Shown here: positions 8,382-18,127 of the stretch, in pieces | How positions within the stretch are numbered: position 1 is the first letter of the stretch | How the letters are laid out: each line of letters opens with the position of its first letter | Assembly (NCBI GenBank): GCA_963674785.1 | Contig: OY771555.1 | Coordinates: 1,184,001 to 1,248,000 of the forward strand | Source: Caldisericia bacterium | GTDB lineage: Bacteria > Caldisericota > Caldisericia > JAAYUI01 | DNA: 64,000 bases | Direction: 5' to 3' | The notes under the pieces: model-generated | The model's database searches: none | What the model was told of the DNA's origin: nothing | What the model saw: only the letters and a program-made list of their open reading frames with translations | Translations under genes and position numbers: made by a program

Positions 8382-11300
8382 TCATCGTAGTAACTGATTG
8401 TCACCTTCTTTGTTTCTGAATCCCATTTGATGTCTGCCCCAAAAACCTCCGAGATGAACCTGATTGGGACAAATGTTCTTCCACTTTTTATTTCAGCGGG
8501 AACGTCGAGTTTCACTTCCTCATTATCAATTAATGCTCTATTTTGACCGATGAAAAGCGTAATGAATTTAGTCCCTTTCGTGATGTAGATTTCTTCAACA
8601 GCGACATGTTTTGGATAGAAATCCACGATACATCCAAATGCCTCTGCAATAAATCTTGCAGGAACCATTGTTGTTCCATTGTTGATGTATGGTGGCCAGT
8701 CAAGATCATGTGGCTCACCATTTACTTTTGCTTGTTTTGAGCCAATCCAAAGTTCAATCGTCCTTTTTTGGCGTTCGGTCAAAACGACTACAACACCGAC
8801 CTCATCATCTCCACCGTTGCTGGTGACAATAATTTTTCCAGTGTATGAAGTTCCTTTTGTCATCCCTTCAGTATCAACCCTAACCCTGATTTTAAGTGGA
8901 GCGCTTTGAATAGCAAAATCCTGTTGACCAATCTTTAGCCATGGACAATCAGAGCTTATTGTTACGTCTCCTGAGAGAATCCCGTTACCGATATTAGAAA
9001 TCGTAAGGATTTCCTCGTAATACTCATCAGGTACACAATTATTGAAAAATAGTGTTGGTGGAGTAATTTTTAATATTGGTGGTCTTGGTTTGATTTGAAT
9101 CGAAACATTCACAATCCTGTTTCCACCATTGCTCTTAACAAGAATTTCAGCGGTTGTTGTTTCGTTTTCCGGAAGTTTTGTTGTGTCAATCTTGACGATA
9201 TAGTTTTCTGGTTCATCGGTTATTGAGAAAGAATCGTCTGATAATTCTAGCCATTCTTCGCTTGGTTCTAAAACACCCTCAAGTGTCAATATTCCAGCAT
9301 TATCGATTGCAAATGTTCCTGTTATCTGGTCTCCCCATGTGACATCTGTGAAGATTAATTCAGTTGGATAAACTCGTAGTTTCGGTCCCTCCTGTTTGAT
9401 TTTAATCTTGACGACAACCTTTGCAGTCCCACCATTGCTTTCAAAGAATATGTTTGCCTTATATTCGCGATTGAAATCAAGCATTGTGGTATCTGCTGTT
9501 ACAATCAGTTTTTTGTGGTTACCTTCCCATTTCACATATTCAATTACACACCAGCTCGAATCAGATGTTATCTGCCCTTTGAGGGTACCCTCGCCAACGT
9601 TGTCGATAAAACAGTCTTCTTCAGAGTAAGTCCCTCTTTCAACTTCACCAAAGTCAATTTCTATTGGGGTTACTTCGAGTTTAGGTTGACCTGTGACAGT
9701 AAAGGTAATGATAACAGTTTCTTGTTCACCAGTTGTTGAGCAATCTACAAGTATCGGGATATTGTATGTTTGTCCAACAGTTAGAGTTGTTGTATCAATA
9801 TTACAGATAAAGGTTTTTGGATCACTCTGTTGCATAAATTGATCAGACGAAATTGTCATATACGGCCTGTCAAACTTGACTTTACCAACAATATAACCAG
9901 CTCCGCCGTTCCAGACCTTGAACTGAGTAGCCTCTTTTTTTCCCTTTGGAATCTCCCCAAGGTTAATCTCAACAGGATCAACCATCAGTTTCGCCTCTTC
10001 ACCCCTTGTGAAGCAATATAAATTATCTTTGTCAAATGTGTATACGTATTGATCAAAAATTGTAACACCGCATTGTCCAGGAGCAGAAAGGTTGTAGTTC
10101 CACAGTTCGTTCCCATTTTCTATATCAATAATTTTGAACCTTGCTCTGCAAGAGCTACAATTCGGTGGCGTATCTCCTGTGTTAAGATAAATATAGTTGT
10201 TGCTTGCAGCCATGCAAAGCCTGACACCTTGGGGTCCGTTACTGCCTTGGGCTAATTGGTATTCCCAGTTTTTTAATGGATTGCTTTTATTGTAGGCATA
10301 AACCATCCCTTGGTCTGAGCCAACGATAATCCAGTCACCCGAAACAATTGGATTGTGTGCATATATTTCTGTTTTTAATCCTGATCGAGATTCGTATATT
10401 CTTGGGTATTTTCTCCAGATAATTGAGAAATCATCTGGATCAATTCTCATTATATGATTTGTGGGTTTTTCTTCTGTGAATCGAAACTTCTGACCTGAAC
10501 CGGGTGGGAACTCCCTTATTACAGTATAGAATGAACTGGTCAATCCAGAAATAATTATCTCATCATCGTGAAGAATTGGAAACATGTCCATTCGCATATT
10601 GCCATAATCAACAGTCCGAATAAGTTTTCCGTCTGATTCATTGTGTATTGTCCACACGGATCCATAATGATATGCTCCAAGCCATCTGCCATCATATGAT
10701 CCATTCTTTAGATTTGAACAAGTTACAAGAACTTTATCATCATACACAAGTGGAGATGTGTTATGAGGAGCATTTGGTAACTCGTTTTTCCAATCGATAG
10801 TTCCGGTTTCCGCATCAATTCTGTAAAGAAATCCACCATAAGATTCTCCACGTCTGTAAAGTTCTGTCCCTATGTATATTTTTCCGTTCTTAACTGAGGG
10901 GCTGTTCCCACATGAGTCCCCGTCAAGTTTCCTTTTCCATTGAATATTTTTCTCTAAGTCAATGCAGTGAAGTATTATATCTCCAGAATCTCCTGCAAGT
11001 GGTGTGCTTACGAAAAGAAGGTTCTTGTTTCCATTTTTCCTTTCAAAGATAACTGGGGAAGCCTTAAGATATTCATTGAAGTTATCGTATTTCCAAATAA
11101 TTTTCCCAGTAGAAGGTTCTAAGCAAACTAGTTCAGATTCAAGTTCTGGCGATCTCGGGTCATCAGTGTTTGCAAAAACGGTGAATAGTTTTGGGGTTTC
11201 ACCATCCCAACAAGCAACAACATTGCCATTAGGAGGAGACCCAGATTCCTTATTCCATAAAAGCTTAAGCGGTGGTGGTAGTTCGTGGCTGGAGTAACCT

Positions 11301-11419
11301 GTATGATTTGCGTCACCATGCATGTGTGTCCAGTCCGGTGTTTTGATCCCTGCACCGTATAAAACTGAAGATGACATCAAAAGTAATACTACAACAAGAA
11401 AAACTATAGTCTTTTTCAT
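8378..11419 (-). CDS. Secreted PQQ-like beta-propeller + four BACON/Ig-like repeats + C-terminal stalk (Cu-amine-oxidase N1) domain
   Basis: Signal peptide. WTHMHGDANHTG...PPLKLLW. Four repeats of L-x-V-x-P...F...N-x-G-x-G-x-L-x-G...W...SNGG. GTTMVPARFIAEAFG and GRTFVPIRFISEVFG. Confidence 0.85.
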   Translation of the reverse strand: MKKTIVFLVVVLLLMSSSVLYGAGIKTPDWTHMHGDANHTGYSSHELPPPLKLLWNKESGSPPNGNVVACWDGETPKLFTVFANTDDPRSPELESELVCLEPSTGKIIWKYDNFNEYLKASPVIFERKNGNKNLLFVSTPLAGDSGDIILHCIDLEKNIQWKRKLDGDSCGNSPSVKNGKIYIGTELYRRGESYGGFLYRIDAETGTIDWKNELPNAPHNTSPLVYDDKVLVTCSNLKNGSYDGRWLGAYHYGSVWTIHNESDGKLIRTVDYGNMRMDMFPILHDDEIIISGLTSSFYTVIREFPPGSGQKFRFTEEKPTNHIMRIDPDDFSIIWRKYPRIYESRSGLKTEIYAHNPIVSGDWIIVGSDQGMVYAYNKSNPLKNWEYQLAQGSNGPQGVRLCMAASNNYIYLNTGDTPPNCSSCRARFKIIDIENGNELWNYNLSAPGQCGVTIFDQYVYTFDKDNLYCFTRGEEAKLMVDPVEINLGEIPKGKKEATQFKVWNGGAGYIVGKVKFDRPYMTISSDQFMQQSDPKTFICNIDTTTLTVGQTYNIPILVDCSTTGEQETVIITFTVTGQPKLEVTPIEIDFGEVERGTYSEEDCFIDNVGEGTLKGQITSDSSWCVIEYVKWEGNHKKLIVTADTTMLDFNREYKANIFFESNGGTAKVVVKIKIKQEGPKLRVYPTELIFTDVTWGDQITGTFAIDNAGILTLEGVLEPSEEWLELSDDSFSITDEPENYIVKIDTTKLPENETTTAEILVKSNGGNRIVNVSIQIKPRPPILKITPPTLFFNNCVPDEYYEEILTISNIGNGILSGDVTISSDCPWLKIGQQDFAIQSAPLKIRVRVDTEGMTKGTSYTGKIIVTSNGGDDEVGVVVVLTERQKRTIELWIGSKQAKVNGEPHDLDWPPYINNGTTMVPARFIAEAFGCIVDFYPKHVAVEEIYITKGTKFITLFIGQNRALIDNEEVKLDVPAEIKSGRTFVPIRFISEVFGADIKWDSETKKVTISYYDD

Positions 11420-11471
11420 TATTTTTACCTCTTTCCTAAATTACAAAAATTCGCATGTTATGGTTCATGCC

Positions 11472-11499
11472 TTGACATTAACTCTTCAGTTACGATAAT
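11472..11499 (+). promoter_or_regulatory. sigma70 promoter of tRNA-Val
   Basis: TTGACA, 16 nt, GATAAT; 11 nt upstream of the tRNA. Confidence 0.65.
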
Positions 11500-11510
11500 C
11501 TAGAAAACCT

Positions 11511-11585
11511 GGGCGGTTAGTTCAGAGGTAGAACGCTACCTTGACACGGTAGAGGTCAGTGGTTCGATTCCACTACCGCCCACCA
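11511..11585 (+). tRNA. tRNA-Val (GAC)
   Basis: Acceptor GGGCGGT/ACCGCCC, D-arm GTTC/GAAC, anticodon arm CTACC-TTGACAC-GGTAG, T-arm AGTGG-TTCGATT-CCACT, encoded CCA. Confidence 0.97.
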
Positions 11586-11598
11586 TTTCAACACCAAA

Positions 11599-12612
11599 AT
11601 GACATCAAAGTCCAAGTTACTCCGAATTTTACTCAGACCAATAAGAATCCTTTTTGAAGCGATTCTTTCTTTTGGTGAGGACTCAGGTCTGGTATTGTCT
11701 TCATCAGTTACTTTTTACTTTTTGTTGGCGTTTGTTCCTGTGATTCTCTTTGCACTCTCATTGCTTGGTATGCTTCTTTCTCAACAACACTATTCTGATC
11801 AACTTGCAGAAATACTCAAGATTTTTGTTGCAAATCCAAATACAATATCCGCTTTTACAAGAATTGTTAATCCAATAATTGAGAATGCTTCTTCAATGAC
11901 ATTTATCGGTTCAATAACTCTTCTTATTGTTTCCAGTGGAATGTTTAGAAGTATGGAATACGCAATGAACAGAGTTTTTGCAGCAAAACCAAGGGGGCTT
12001 TTAAGGTCTTATGGAATTGGAATAGTCTTTTCTCTGATTATCAACCTTTTACTTATTGTAGGACTTGTGATGTCTCCTGTGCTTGGATATGCCGCAATTG
12101 CGGATATTCCACTTGTTGAATCATTGGTTGAGTGGATTCCAGGACTTGCATTTGTGATTCAAAATATCTTCACATGGTTTGTGTTTGGTTTGATATGCGT
12201 GATTATTTATTTTGTACTCCCAAACACAAAAAAAAGATTTCGAGATGTTCTCTATGGTGCTCTCGCGTCGGCTATTTTGTGGAATATTTTGAGGTATTTC
12301 TTTGGAATTTATCTTAAATACTTCTCTACGATAGAGTTTGTATATGGTGCTCTTGGTACCATCATCGGTGCCATCCTTTGGTTGTTTCTTTCAGTTATTA
12401 TTATCATCTTTGGAGCTGAAATCACAAAGATTTTAAACCTCAGAGCAAAGGGTATGCCTGCACCATCGTTTACCACGCTCATTCATCGGGCTACCAATTC
12501 ATTTTCTCCTCAAGCAAAAGAGAGGATTTCAACAGAACTAGAGAAATACAAAACAAAGGTCAACTTGAGAATTGATCCTTCGGAGATCGAGGATAATAAC
12601 CCATCAGAATAG
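11599..12612 (+). CDS. YihY/virulence factor BrkB family membrane protein
   Basis: SSVTFYFLLAFVP, AMNRVF, IYFVLPN, VYGALGTII...LWLFLS...GAEI. Confidence 0.9.
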   Translation: MTSKSKLLRILLRPIRILFEAILSFGEDSGLVLSSSVTFYFLLAFVPVILFALSLLGMLLSQQHYSDQLAEILKIFVANPNTISAFTRIVNPIIENASSMTFIGSITLLIVSSGMFRSMEYAMNRVFAAKPRGLLRSYGIGIVFSLIINLLLIVGLVMSPVLGYAAIADIPLVESLVEWIPGLAFVIQNIFTWFVFGLICVIIYFVLPNTKKRFRDVLYGALASAILWNILRYFFGIYLKYFSTIEFVYGALGTIIGAILWLFLSVIIIIFGAEITKILNLRAKGMPAPSFTTLIHRATNSFSPQAKERISTELEKYKTKVNLRIDPSEIEDNNPSE

Positions 12613-13929
12613 TTTTCTGTTAGCCTGATTATCAGAAAAAATCTCATCAGCTGATGCAAAAAATCTTTTTATTCTCTCATCGATGAACACATGACTTTTC
12701 CTGATTTTGGTTTTTAAAACCAATCCTTTTAGACTCACACATCTACTCAGTGCAACATATGTTTGGCCTGGCGCAAAAACTCCACTGCTCAGATCGAGCA
12801 CAACATTTTCAAAGGTTTTTCCCTGAGCCTTGTGAATTGTTACCGCCCAGGCAAGTTTGACTGGGTACTGTGTGAAAGAACCAACACTCTCAGAGTTTAT
12901 CTGTTTTTCTTTATCATCATAAAGAAATCTGAAGATGTCCCATTTATAAGGGTCAACATCAACGGTCATTCCATTTTGAAGTTTCACTCTCAGTTTGTCG
13001 TCATCTTCACCGGGAACGATTTCTTCGAGTGTGCCAACTGAACCGTTTACCCATCTTCCATCTGAGTCATTGTTCAGTAACATCAATTGTGAACCGATTT
13101 TCAGTCTCAGGTTTTCTTCTGTTGGAAAGCTGTTTTTTGTGAAACTTCCAGAGACTTTTGCGGGGTACTCAAATAGCCTCCCCTTAATATTCGCAAGTTG
13201 AGTATTGTTTATGAATTCAGCCTTTTTGTTGATTGTTGTGAGACTGACATAGTTTTTGTTTTTTGCTTCAATAAAACTTGGGTCAAATCTTTTGTTGAGG
13301 ATATCGAGGTCTTCGAATGTGATTGTTTTATTTCTTATTCTGCCAAGAATATCAATAAATTCATCATCCTTCTGTCTGTAAACCTTTTCAAGTTCAACCA
13401 TGTTGAAGATTGATTCCTTAAAACATAATGAACTGAAGAAGAACGGTGTACTGTATGTGTTAAAAAAAATTGCCCTTTCATCATTTCTGATGATTGGAGG
13501 AAGCTGATAAAGGTCACCAAAGAGAATCATCTGAACTCCACCAAATGGCTGATCATGATTTTTCCTGTTCAACTTAAGAGCTTTATCGATGAAGTCGAAA
13601 AGGTCAGCTCTCACCATCGAAACCTCATCAATGATAAGAGCATCAAGTTTTTCGATTACTTTCTTCTTTTCGCCCTTTTGGGGTTTGATTTTTTCGTAAG
13701 TAATATCGGGTTTGAACCCAAAAAAAGAATGAATTGTTTGTCCTTCAACATTCACTGCTGAAACACCCGTGGGTGCAACAACCGCTATGTTTTTGCTTGT
13801 GATATTTCTGAAATACTTGAGTAGCGTCGATTTTCCAGTTCCTGCTTTTCCGGTGATGAAGACATTTTGATTTGTGTCGTTCATCAACTTTATAGCGTTC
13901 TCAAATTTTTCGTTTATCTCAAGTTTCAT
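12604..13929 (-). CDS. PIF1-like superfamily 1B DNA helicase
   Basis: TGKAGTGKST, APTGVSA, TIHSFF, IDEVSM, PFGGVQMILFGDLYQLPP, VYRQ, LAWAVTIHKAQG, YVALSR. Confidence 0.92.
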   Translation of the reverse strand: MKLEINEKFENAIKLMNDTNQNVFITGKAGTGKSTLLKYFRNITSKNIAVVAPTGVSAVNVEGQTIHSFFGFKPDITYEKIKPQKGEKKKVIEKLDALIIDEVSMVRADLFDFIDKALKLNRKNHDQPFGGVQMILFGDLYQLPPIIRNDERAIFFNTYSTPFFFSSLCFKESIFNMVELEKVYRQKDDEFIDILGRIRNKTITFEDLDILNKRFDPSFIEAKNKNYVSLTTINKKAEFINNTQLANIKGRLFEYPAKVSGSFTKNSFPTEENLRLKIGSQLMLLNNDSDGRWVNGSVGTLEEIVPGEDDDKLRVKLQNGMTVDVDPYKWDIFRFLYDDKEKQINSESVGSFTQYPVKLAWAVTIHKAQGKTFENVVLDLSSGVFAPGQTYVALSRCVSLKGLVLKTKIRKSHVFIDERIKRFFASADEIFSDNQANRKLF

Positions 13930-13977
13930 ATTATTTAGATAGTTTTAGATGCTTTAAGAGGCTAATAATTAGTAATA

Positions 13978-15822
13978 CTAGCTTTTAGTTTCTTTCTTTC
14001 GTTTTGGGTATCCTTCTTTTGCTGTGCCGAATTTCTTTTCTCTTCTCTGTCTTCTGTTTTCTTTGGGTTTGTCAGAGCTGTTGGATTTCTGTCTTGATCT
14101 GTAGCTAGCCCTTTCTTTTCTGGGACTGTCATCCTTCTTTTTGCTCCAGCTACCGCTTTTGTTGTTTCTTGGGCCATTATTCCAGCGTCCGCTACCCTCA
14201 CTTCGTTCCCTGGATTTCTTTGCGTGTGTGATAAGTGGCTTCTGACCCTTTTCTTTGAAGCTGGATATTACTTTTTCGGCTTTTGCAAACGGAACTGTGA
14301 CAAATGAGAAATCTTCCATAACGGCAACATCGTCAATCTCTTTTGATTTTATGTTGACCTTGCTTATAACCAGATCAACAAGCTTTTTCGGGTTAAACCC
14401 ATCTTTTTTACCCAAAGCAACAAACAACCTTGCTTTTCCACTTCCGTCGAGTTCTCTTTCGATATTTCGATCACTTCTTTCGCGAGGCTTTGTTTCTTTG
14501 ATTGTTCCGTAAACATCAGGGTTTAGGGAATCTTCAAAACTATAGGCGAGGAGTGCTGCGAGAATGTTTGTTGAGTTGTTAGATTCCAGTAGATTTTTTG
14601 CCCATCCATAGTATTTTTGATCAACTTGGTCAGAGAGGATAGAAATCAGATCCTGTTCAATCTTTTTCTTTTTGGCATCAATAATCTCATGCACTTCAGG
14701 GAGCTGAGATTTCTTGATGTCAGTTTTTGCAAATCTTTGAATGTACATCAGTTTCTTGTATTCACTTGGTGTGATGAATGTTATTGCTGTTCCTTCATTT
14801 CCTGCTCTTCCTGTCCTCCCAATTCTATGGACATACGATTCAGCATCTTGGGGAAGGGCGTAGTTGATGACATGTGAAAGGTTGTTGACGTCAATTCCTC
14901 TTGCGGCAACATCGGTTGCAACGAGGATGTTCACCCTTTTCTTTTTGAATTTATCAAGAGTTCGCTCTCTTTGTGATTGTGAAATATCGCCATGGATGCA
15001 CTCAGCATCATATCCTCTCTCCATGAGATGTGAAACAAGGGAATCAACGTCACTTTTTGTACGACAAAAAATCAAACCATAAAAATCTTCTGCAATATCT
15101 ACAATTCGACAGAGAGCCTCAAACTTATCTGATGCTTTTACTTCGTAATAGATTTGCTCTGTAAGGGTTGTAGTCAACTGTTTTCTCTCAACAGACAACA
15201 TTTGATAATCACCCATGTAATTTGTTGCCAGTTGTTTGATTCTTTCAGGTATTGTTGCAGAGAAAAGAAGTGTGCGCTTATCTTCATTTGTGTGCTTCAT
15301 TATCTCTTCGATGTCTTCGATGAATCCCATGTTCAGCATCTCGTCGGCTTCATCAAGAATCAGATGGTCAATCGCTTCAACGTTCAAAGTTTTTCTTTTC
15401 AGATGATCGATGATTCTGCCTGGAGTTCCAACAACAATGTGAACACCTTTTTTGAGTCTTCGAAGCTGTTGGTCAATTGATTGACCTCCATAAATTGGGA
15501 TTACCTTTATCTTTGTATTCCCCCGAAGAGAGTGTATCTCCTCGGAAACCTGAATCGCTAATTCCCTTGTTGGTGCAAGAATCAATGCTTGAACACGATC
15601 TTCTTCTTCGTCAATCATTTGGATTAACGGTAATCCAAATGCTGCTGTTTTTCCTGTTCCAGTTTGAGCCTGGGCGATTATGTTGTCTTCGTCTTGAAGC
15701 ATGACAGGAATTGTGAGTGCCTGAATTGCTGTTGGTTCCTCGAACCCTTTTTTATTTATTGCCTCGATCAGAATCTCTGATAAACCGAGGTCATCAAATG
15801 TTTTTTTATCTTCCATTTCCAC
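13978..15822 (-). CDS. deaD: DEAD-box RNA helicase (DeaD/CshA type) with DbpA RNA-binding domain and basic tail
   Basis: AQTGTGKT, PTRELA, TPGR, DEAD, SAT, ARGID, HRIGRTGR; C-terminal RLFVALGKKD. Confidence 0.92.
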   Translation of the reverse strand: MEMEDKKTFDDLGLSEILIEAINKKGFEEPTAIQALTIPVMLQDEDNIIAQAQTGTGKTAAFGLPLIQMIDEEEDRVQALILAPTRELAIQVSEEIHSLRGNTKIKVIPIYGGQSIDQQLRRLKKGVHIVVGTPGRIIDHLKRKTLNVEAIDHLILDEADEMLNMGFIEDIEEIMKHTNEDKRTLLFSATIPERIKQLATNYMGDYQMLSVERKQLTTTLTEQIYYEVKASDKFEALCRIVDIAEDFYGLIFCRTKSDVDSLVSHLMERGYDAECIHGDISQSQRERTLDKFKKKRVNILVATDVAARGIDVNNLSHVINYALPQDAESYVHRIGRTGRAGNEGTAITFITPSEYKKLMYIQRFAKTDIKKSQLPEVHEIIDAKKKKIEQDLISILSDQVDQKYYGWAKNLLESNNSTNILAALLAYSFEDSLNPDVYGTIKETKPRERSDRNIERELDGSGKARLFVALGKKDGFNPKKLVDLVISKVNIKSKEIDDVAVMEDFSFVTVPFAKAEKVISSFKEKGQKPLITHAKKSRERSEGSGRWNNGPRNNKSGSWSKKKDDSPRKERASYRSRQKSNSSDKPKENRRQRREKKFGTAKEGYPKRKKETKS

Positions 15823-15950
15823 CTATTTTCCACCTTCTTTTTTTGAAGGTCATCCAGACCTTACTCCATAAACGAATTCAACATAGAAAAATAGTTCTAA
15901 ACAATATCCTTGCGATATTGATGAAAGGATTAAACATTTGACATAGCTAA

Positions 15951-15978
15951 TTGACCATATCTTTCCGTTGCATATAAT
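15951..15978 (+). promoter_or_regulatory. sigma70 promoter
   Basis: TTGACC, 16 nt, TATAAT. Confidence 0.75.
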
Positions 15979-15985
15979 TAACTTT

Positions 15986-16046
15986 TACAGTTATACTGGG
16001 TTTGTTCCTACTGCCTCCCAGTTCCTTTGCTTGGGGAATAGCTGTA
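15986..16046 (+). ncRNA. Candidate structured RNA (three-way junction) at the predicted transcript 5' end
   Basis: P1 TACAGTTAT/ATAGCTGTA, P2 ACTGGG/CCCAGT, P3 TCCTT/GGGGA. Begins 7 nt after TATAAT. Family not recognised. Confidence 0.45.
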
Positions 16047-16089
16047 TTTGGAGGAAGGTTTAGAAATAGGAAGTGAGATTGAGGTATTA

Positions 16090-16947
16090 GTGAGAAAAAT
16101 AATCCTTGTGTCAGTCGTGGCAGTTCTGCTTTTTTCGAGTTTAGGTGTTGTTTACTCTGAAGAAAAGCTTGATCTTGAAGAGCTGGTTTTGGTGACGGGT
16201 GGAATGGAAGTCGATTGGATTTACGACTTGCCAGAATCTGTAAGTGGCAAAATAACTGGAAAACTTTTGCATGATAGCTCCACCGACAAACAAATATGGG
16301 CAGGACAAGGGTGTATTAATGACTACTGTTTCATGGATGAGGGTGGTCCCGTTTCAGAGCTTGATGATGAGGACATAACGTGTCATTTAAGAGTTTTTAT
16401 CCCCAGTGAGTTGGAGATTGGTTCTGTTGCTAGTTTAGGAATGGATGTTTTCCATAACGGGAAAGAGTTTTATAACTCAAAACTTCATCTCCTTTCAATT
16501 CAACCGATTGAAGCAAATTTCACTATGGATAAAGAGGTTGTAAGAATTAAAGAGAAAGCAACCACAGGGTGTATCCCGATGGAAACTACAAGCGAAGAAA
16601 AAATCGTTTCTCCAGCAGCTCCTCAGATCAGAAATGGCAGGATGATGATACCGTTTAGACTTCTTGGTGAGGTTATCGGAGCTGAGGTTTCTTGGAATGC
16701 AACTACACAGGAAGCATCATATCAGCTTGGGCCAAAGAGAGTAATTTTGAAGAAGGGAATCCCAACAGCAAGAATTATCATGACATCAACTGATTCAAAA
16801 GTTGAGATGGAAACCGCCCCTGATATTATAAATGGAAGCACAATGATTCCGCTGAGATTTGTAACCGATATTCTTGGAGGAGATGTAACCTGGGATGATC
16901 CTACTAAAACAGCGATCATCAATTTCCCTGGATGTGGTGGTAAATAG
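16090..16947 (+). CDS. Secreted stalk (Cu-amine-oxidase N1) domain protein
   Basis: GTG start with SD GAGGT gives a signal peptide. GRMMIPFRLLGEVIG and GSTMIPLRFVTDILG. Confidence 0.8.
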   Translation: MRKIILVSVVAVLLFSSLGVVYSEEKLDLEELVLVTGGMEVDWIYDLPESVSGKITGKLLHDSSTDKQIWAGQGCINDYCFMDEGGPVSELDDEDITCHLRVFIPSELEIGSVASLGMDVFHNGKEFYNSKLHLLSIQPIEANFTMDKEVVRIKEKATTGCIPMETTSEEKIVSPAAPQIRNGRMMIPFRLLGEVIGAEVSWNATTQEASYQLGPKRVILKKGIPTARIIMTSTDSKVEMETAPDIINGSTMIPLRFVTDILGGDVTWDDPTKTAIINFPGCGGK

Positions 16948-16963
16948 GGAATAAAGTATTGAA

Positions 16964-17374
16964 ATGAAAAAGCTGTTTGTTAACGAAAAAAACAGGATGA
17001 CGAAACAGAAGAGACTAATTTTGGAGATTCTTCGGGGCACAGATACTCATCCTACAGCCGATTGGATTTATTCAAAAGCCGTTTTGCAGATGGACACAAT
17101 AAGTAGGTCGACAGTTTATAGAAATCTTAACTCTTTGTTCGAATCAGGTTTGATTCAAAAGATCAATGTGGGTGATTCAGAAACCAGATTTGATGGTTCT
17201 ACCCATGACCATGTTCATTTGGTTTGTGATGTATGTGGTAGAGTAATCGATCTTCCCTATGAGAAGATAAGAATTAGCAAATCTAGAGTTGAGAAAGATA
17301 CAGGTTATCTTATCTCTTGCGTTGAGGTTGTACTTCATGGTGTGTGTGATGAATGCAACGAAGGGTTAGAATAA
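16964..17374 (+). CDS. Fur/PerR-family transcriptional repressor
   Basis: MTKQK...HPTA...STVYRNL, RFD, HVHLVCDVCG, CDEC. Confidence 0.9.
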   Translation: MKKLFVNEKNRMTKQKRLILEILRGTDTHPTADWIYSKAVLQMDTISRSTVYRNLNSLFESGLIQKINVGDSETRFDGSTHDHVHLVCDVCGRVIDLPYEKIRISKSRVEKDTGYLISCVEVVLHGVCDECNEGLE

Positions 17375-17385
17375 CCCTTCTTATT
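17360..17385 (+). terminator. Terminator-like hairpin over the fur stop
   Basis: GAAGGGTTA-gaa-TAACCCTTC then TTATT. Confidence 0.55.
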
Positions 17386-17434
17386 CAATTTGGTCTAATA
17401 TTGTTTAATCAAAAAGTATTGTATACTTCTTCAT

Positions 17435-18127
17435 GTGAAAAAGAAGATTCTTATCATTGAAGACGATAGAGATATTGCTGAGCTTGAGTCGTTATATCTG
17501 GTCAAGGCAAATTTTGAAGTACATGTCTGTCCTGATGGAAACCATGCAATTACAGAGTGTAAGAAAACTAACCCTAATCTTATTATTCTTGATTTGATGT
17601 TGCCTTTTGTGGATGGTCTGACAATTTGCAAACAACTGAAGTACGACGATGAGTTAAGTAGCATACCAATTGTTATTGTATCTGCGAAAGGGGAAGAAGG
17701 TGACATAGTCAAAGGATTGGATCTAGGTGCAGATGATTATGTTACCAAACCTTTTTCCCCTTTGGAGTTAACTGCGAGAGTTAGATCTGTTTTAAGAAGG
17801 ACTTATGATACGGATTGTTATGATGGAATCGAACTAAGACGCGAATCTCTTATTTTAAACCCCAGAAGCAGAGAATTTAGGTTGGATGGCGAAAAGGTTG
17901 AATTGAGTGTCTCTGAGTTTGATACTCTAATGATGTTGATGAAGAGTCCGAATCGAGTTTTTACACGTAATCAGATCATCGACAACATCCATGGTGAAGA
18001 CTACATCGCAACCGATAGATCAGTTGATGTTTTGATTTCAGGGCTTCGGAAGAAGCTCGGTGATTCAAGGAAACTTATCAGAACCATCTGGGGAGTTGGA
18101 TACAGATTTGGAGCTCATGATGAATAG
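17435..18127 (+). CDS. OmpR/PhoB-family response regulator
   Basis: IIEDD, ILDLMLP, GADDYVTKPF, wHTH DRSVDV...LRKKL...TIWGVGY. Confidence 0.92.
   Translation: MKKKILIIEDDRDIAELESLYLVKANFEVHVCPDGNHAITECKKTNPNLIILDLMLPFVDGLTICKQLKYDDELSSIPIVIVSAKGEEGDIVKGLDLGADDYVTKPFSPLELTARVRSVLRRTYDTDCYDGIELRRESLILNPRSREFRLDGEKVELSVSEFDTLMMLMKSPNRVFTRNQIIDNIHGEDYIATDRSVDVLISGLRKKLGDSRKLIRTIWGVGYRFGAHDE

Noticed and set aside
11511-11585. tRNA-Val as an island integration site
   Set aside because: I found no duplicated tRNA 3' end and no integrase in the window; the flanking genes look chromosomal.
17390-17434. Pho box upstream of the PhoB/PhoR-like pair
   Set aside because: No convincing 11-bp-spaced TGTCA/TTAACA-type direct repeat. 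The phosphate role of this pair remains an inference from protein similarity.
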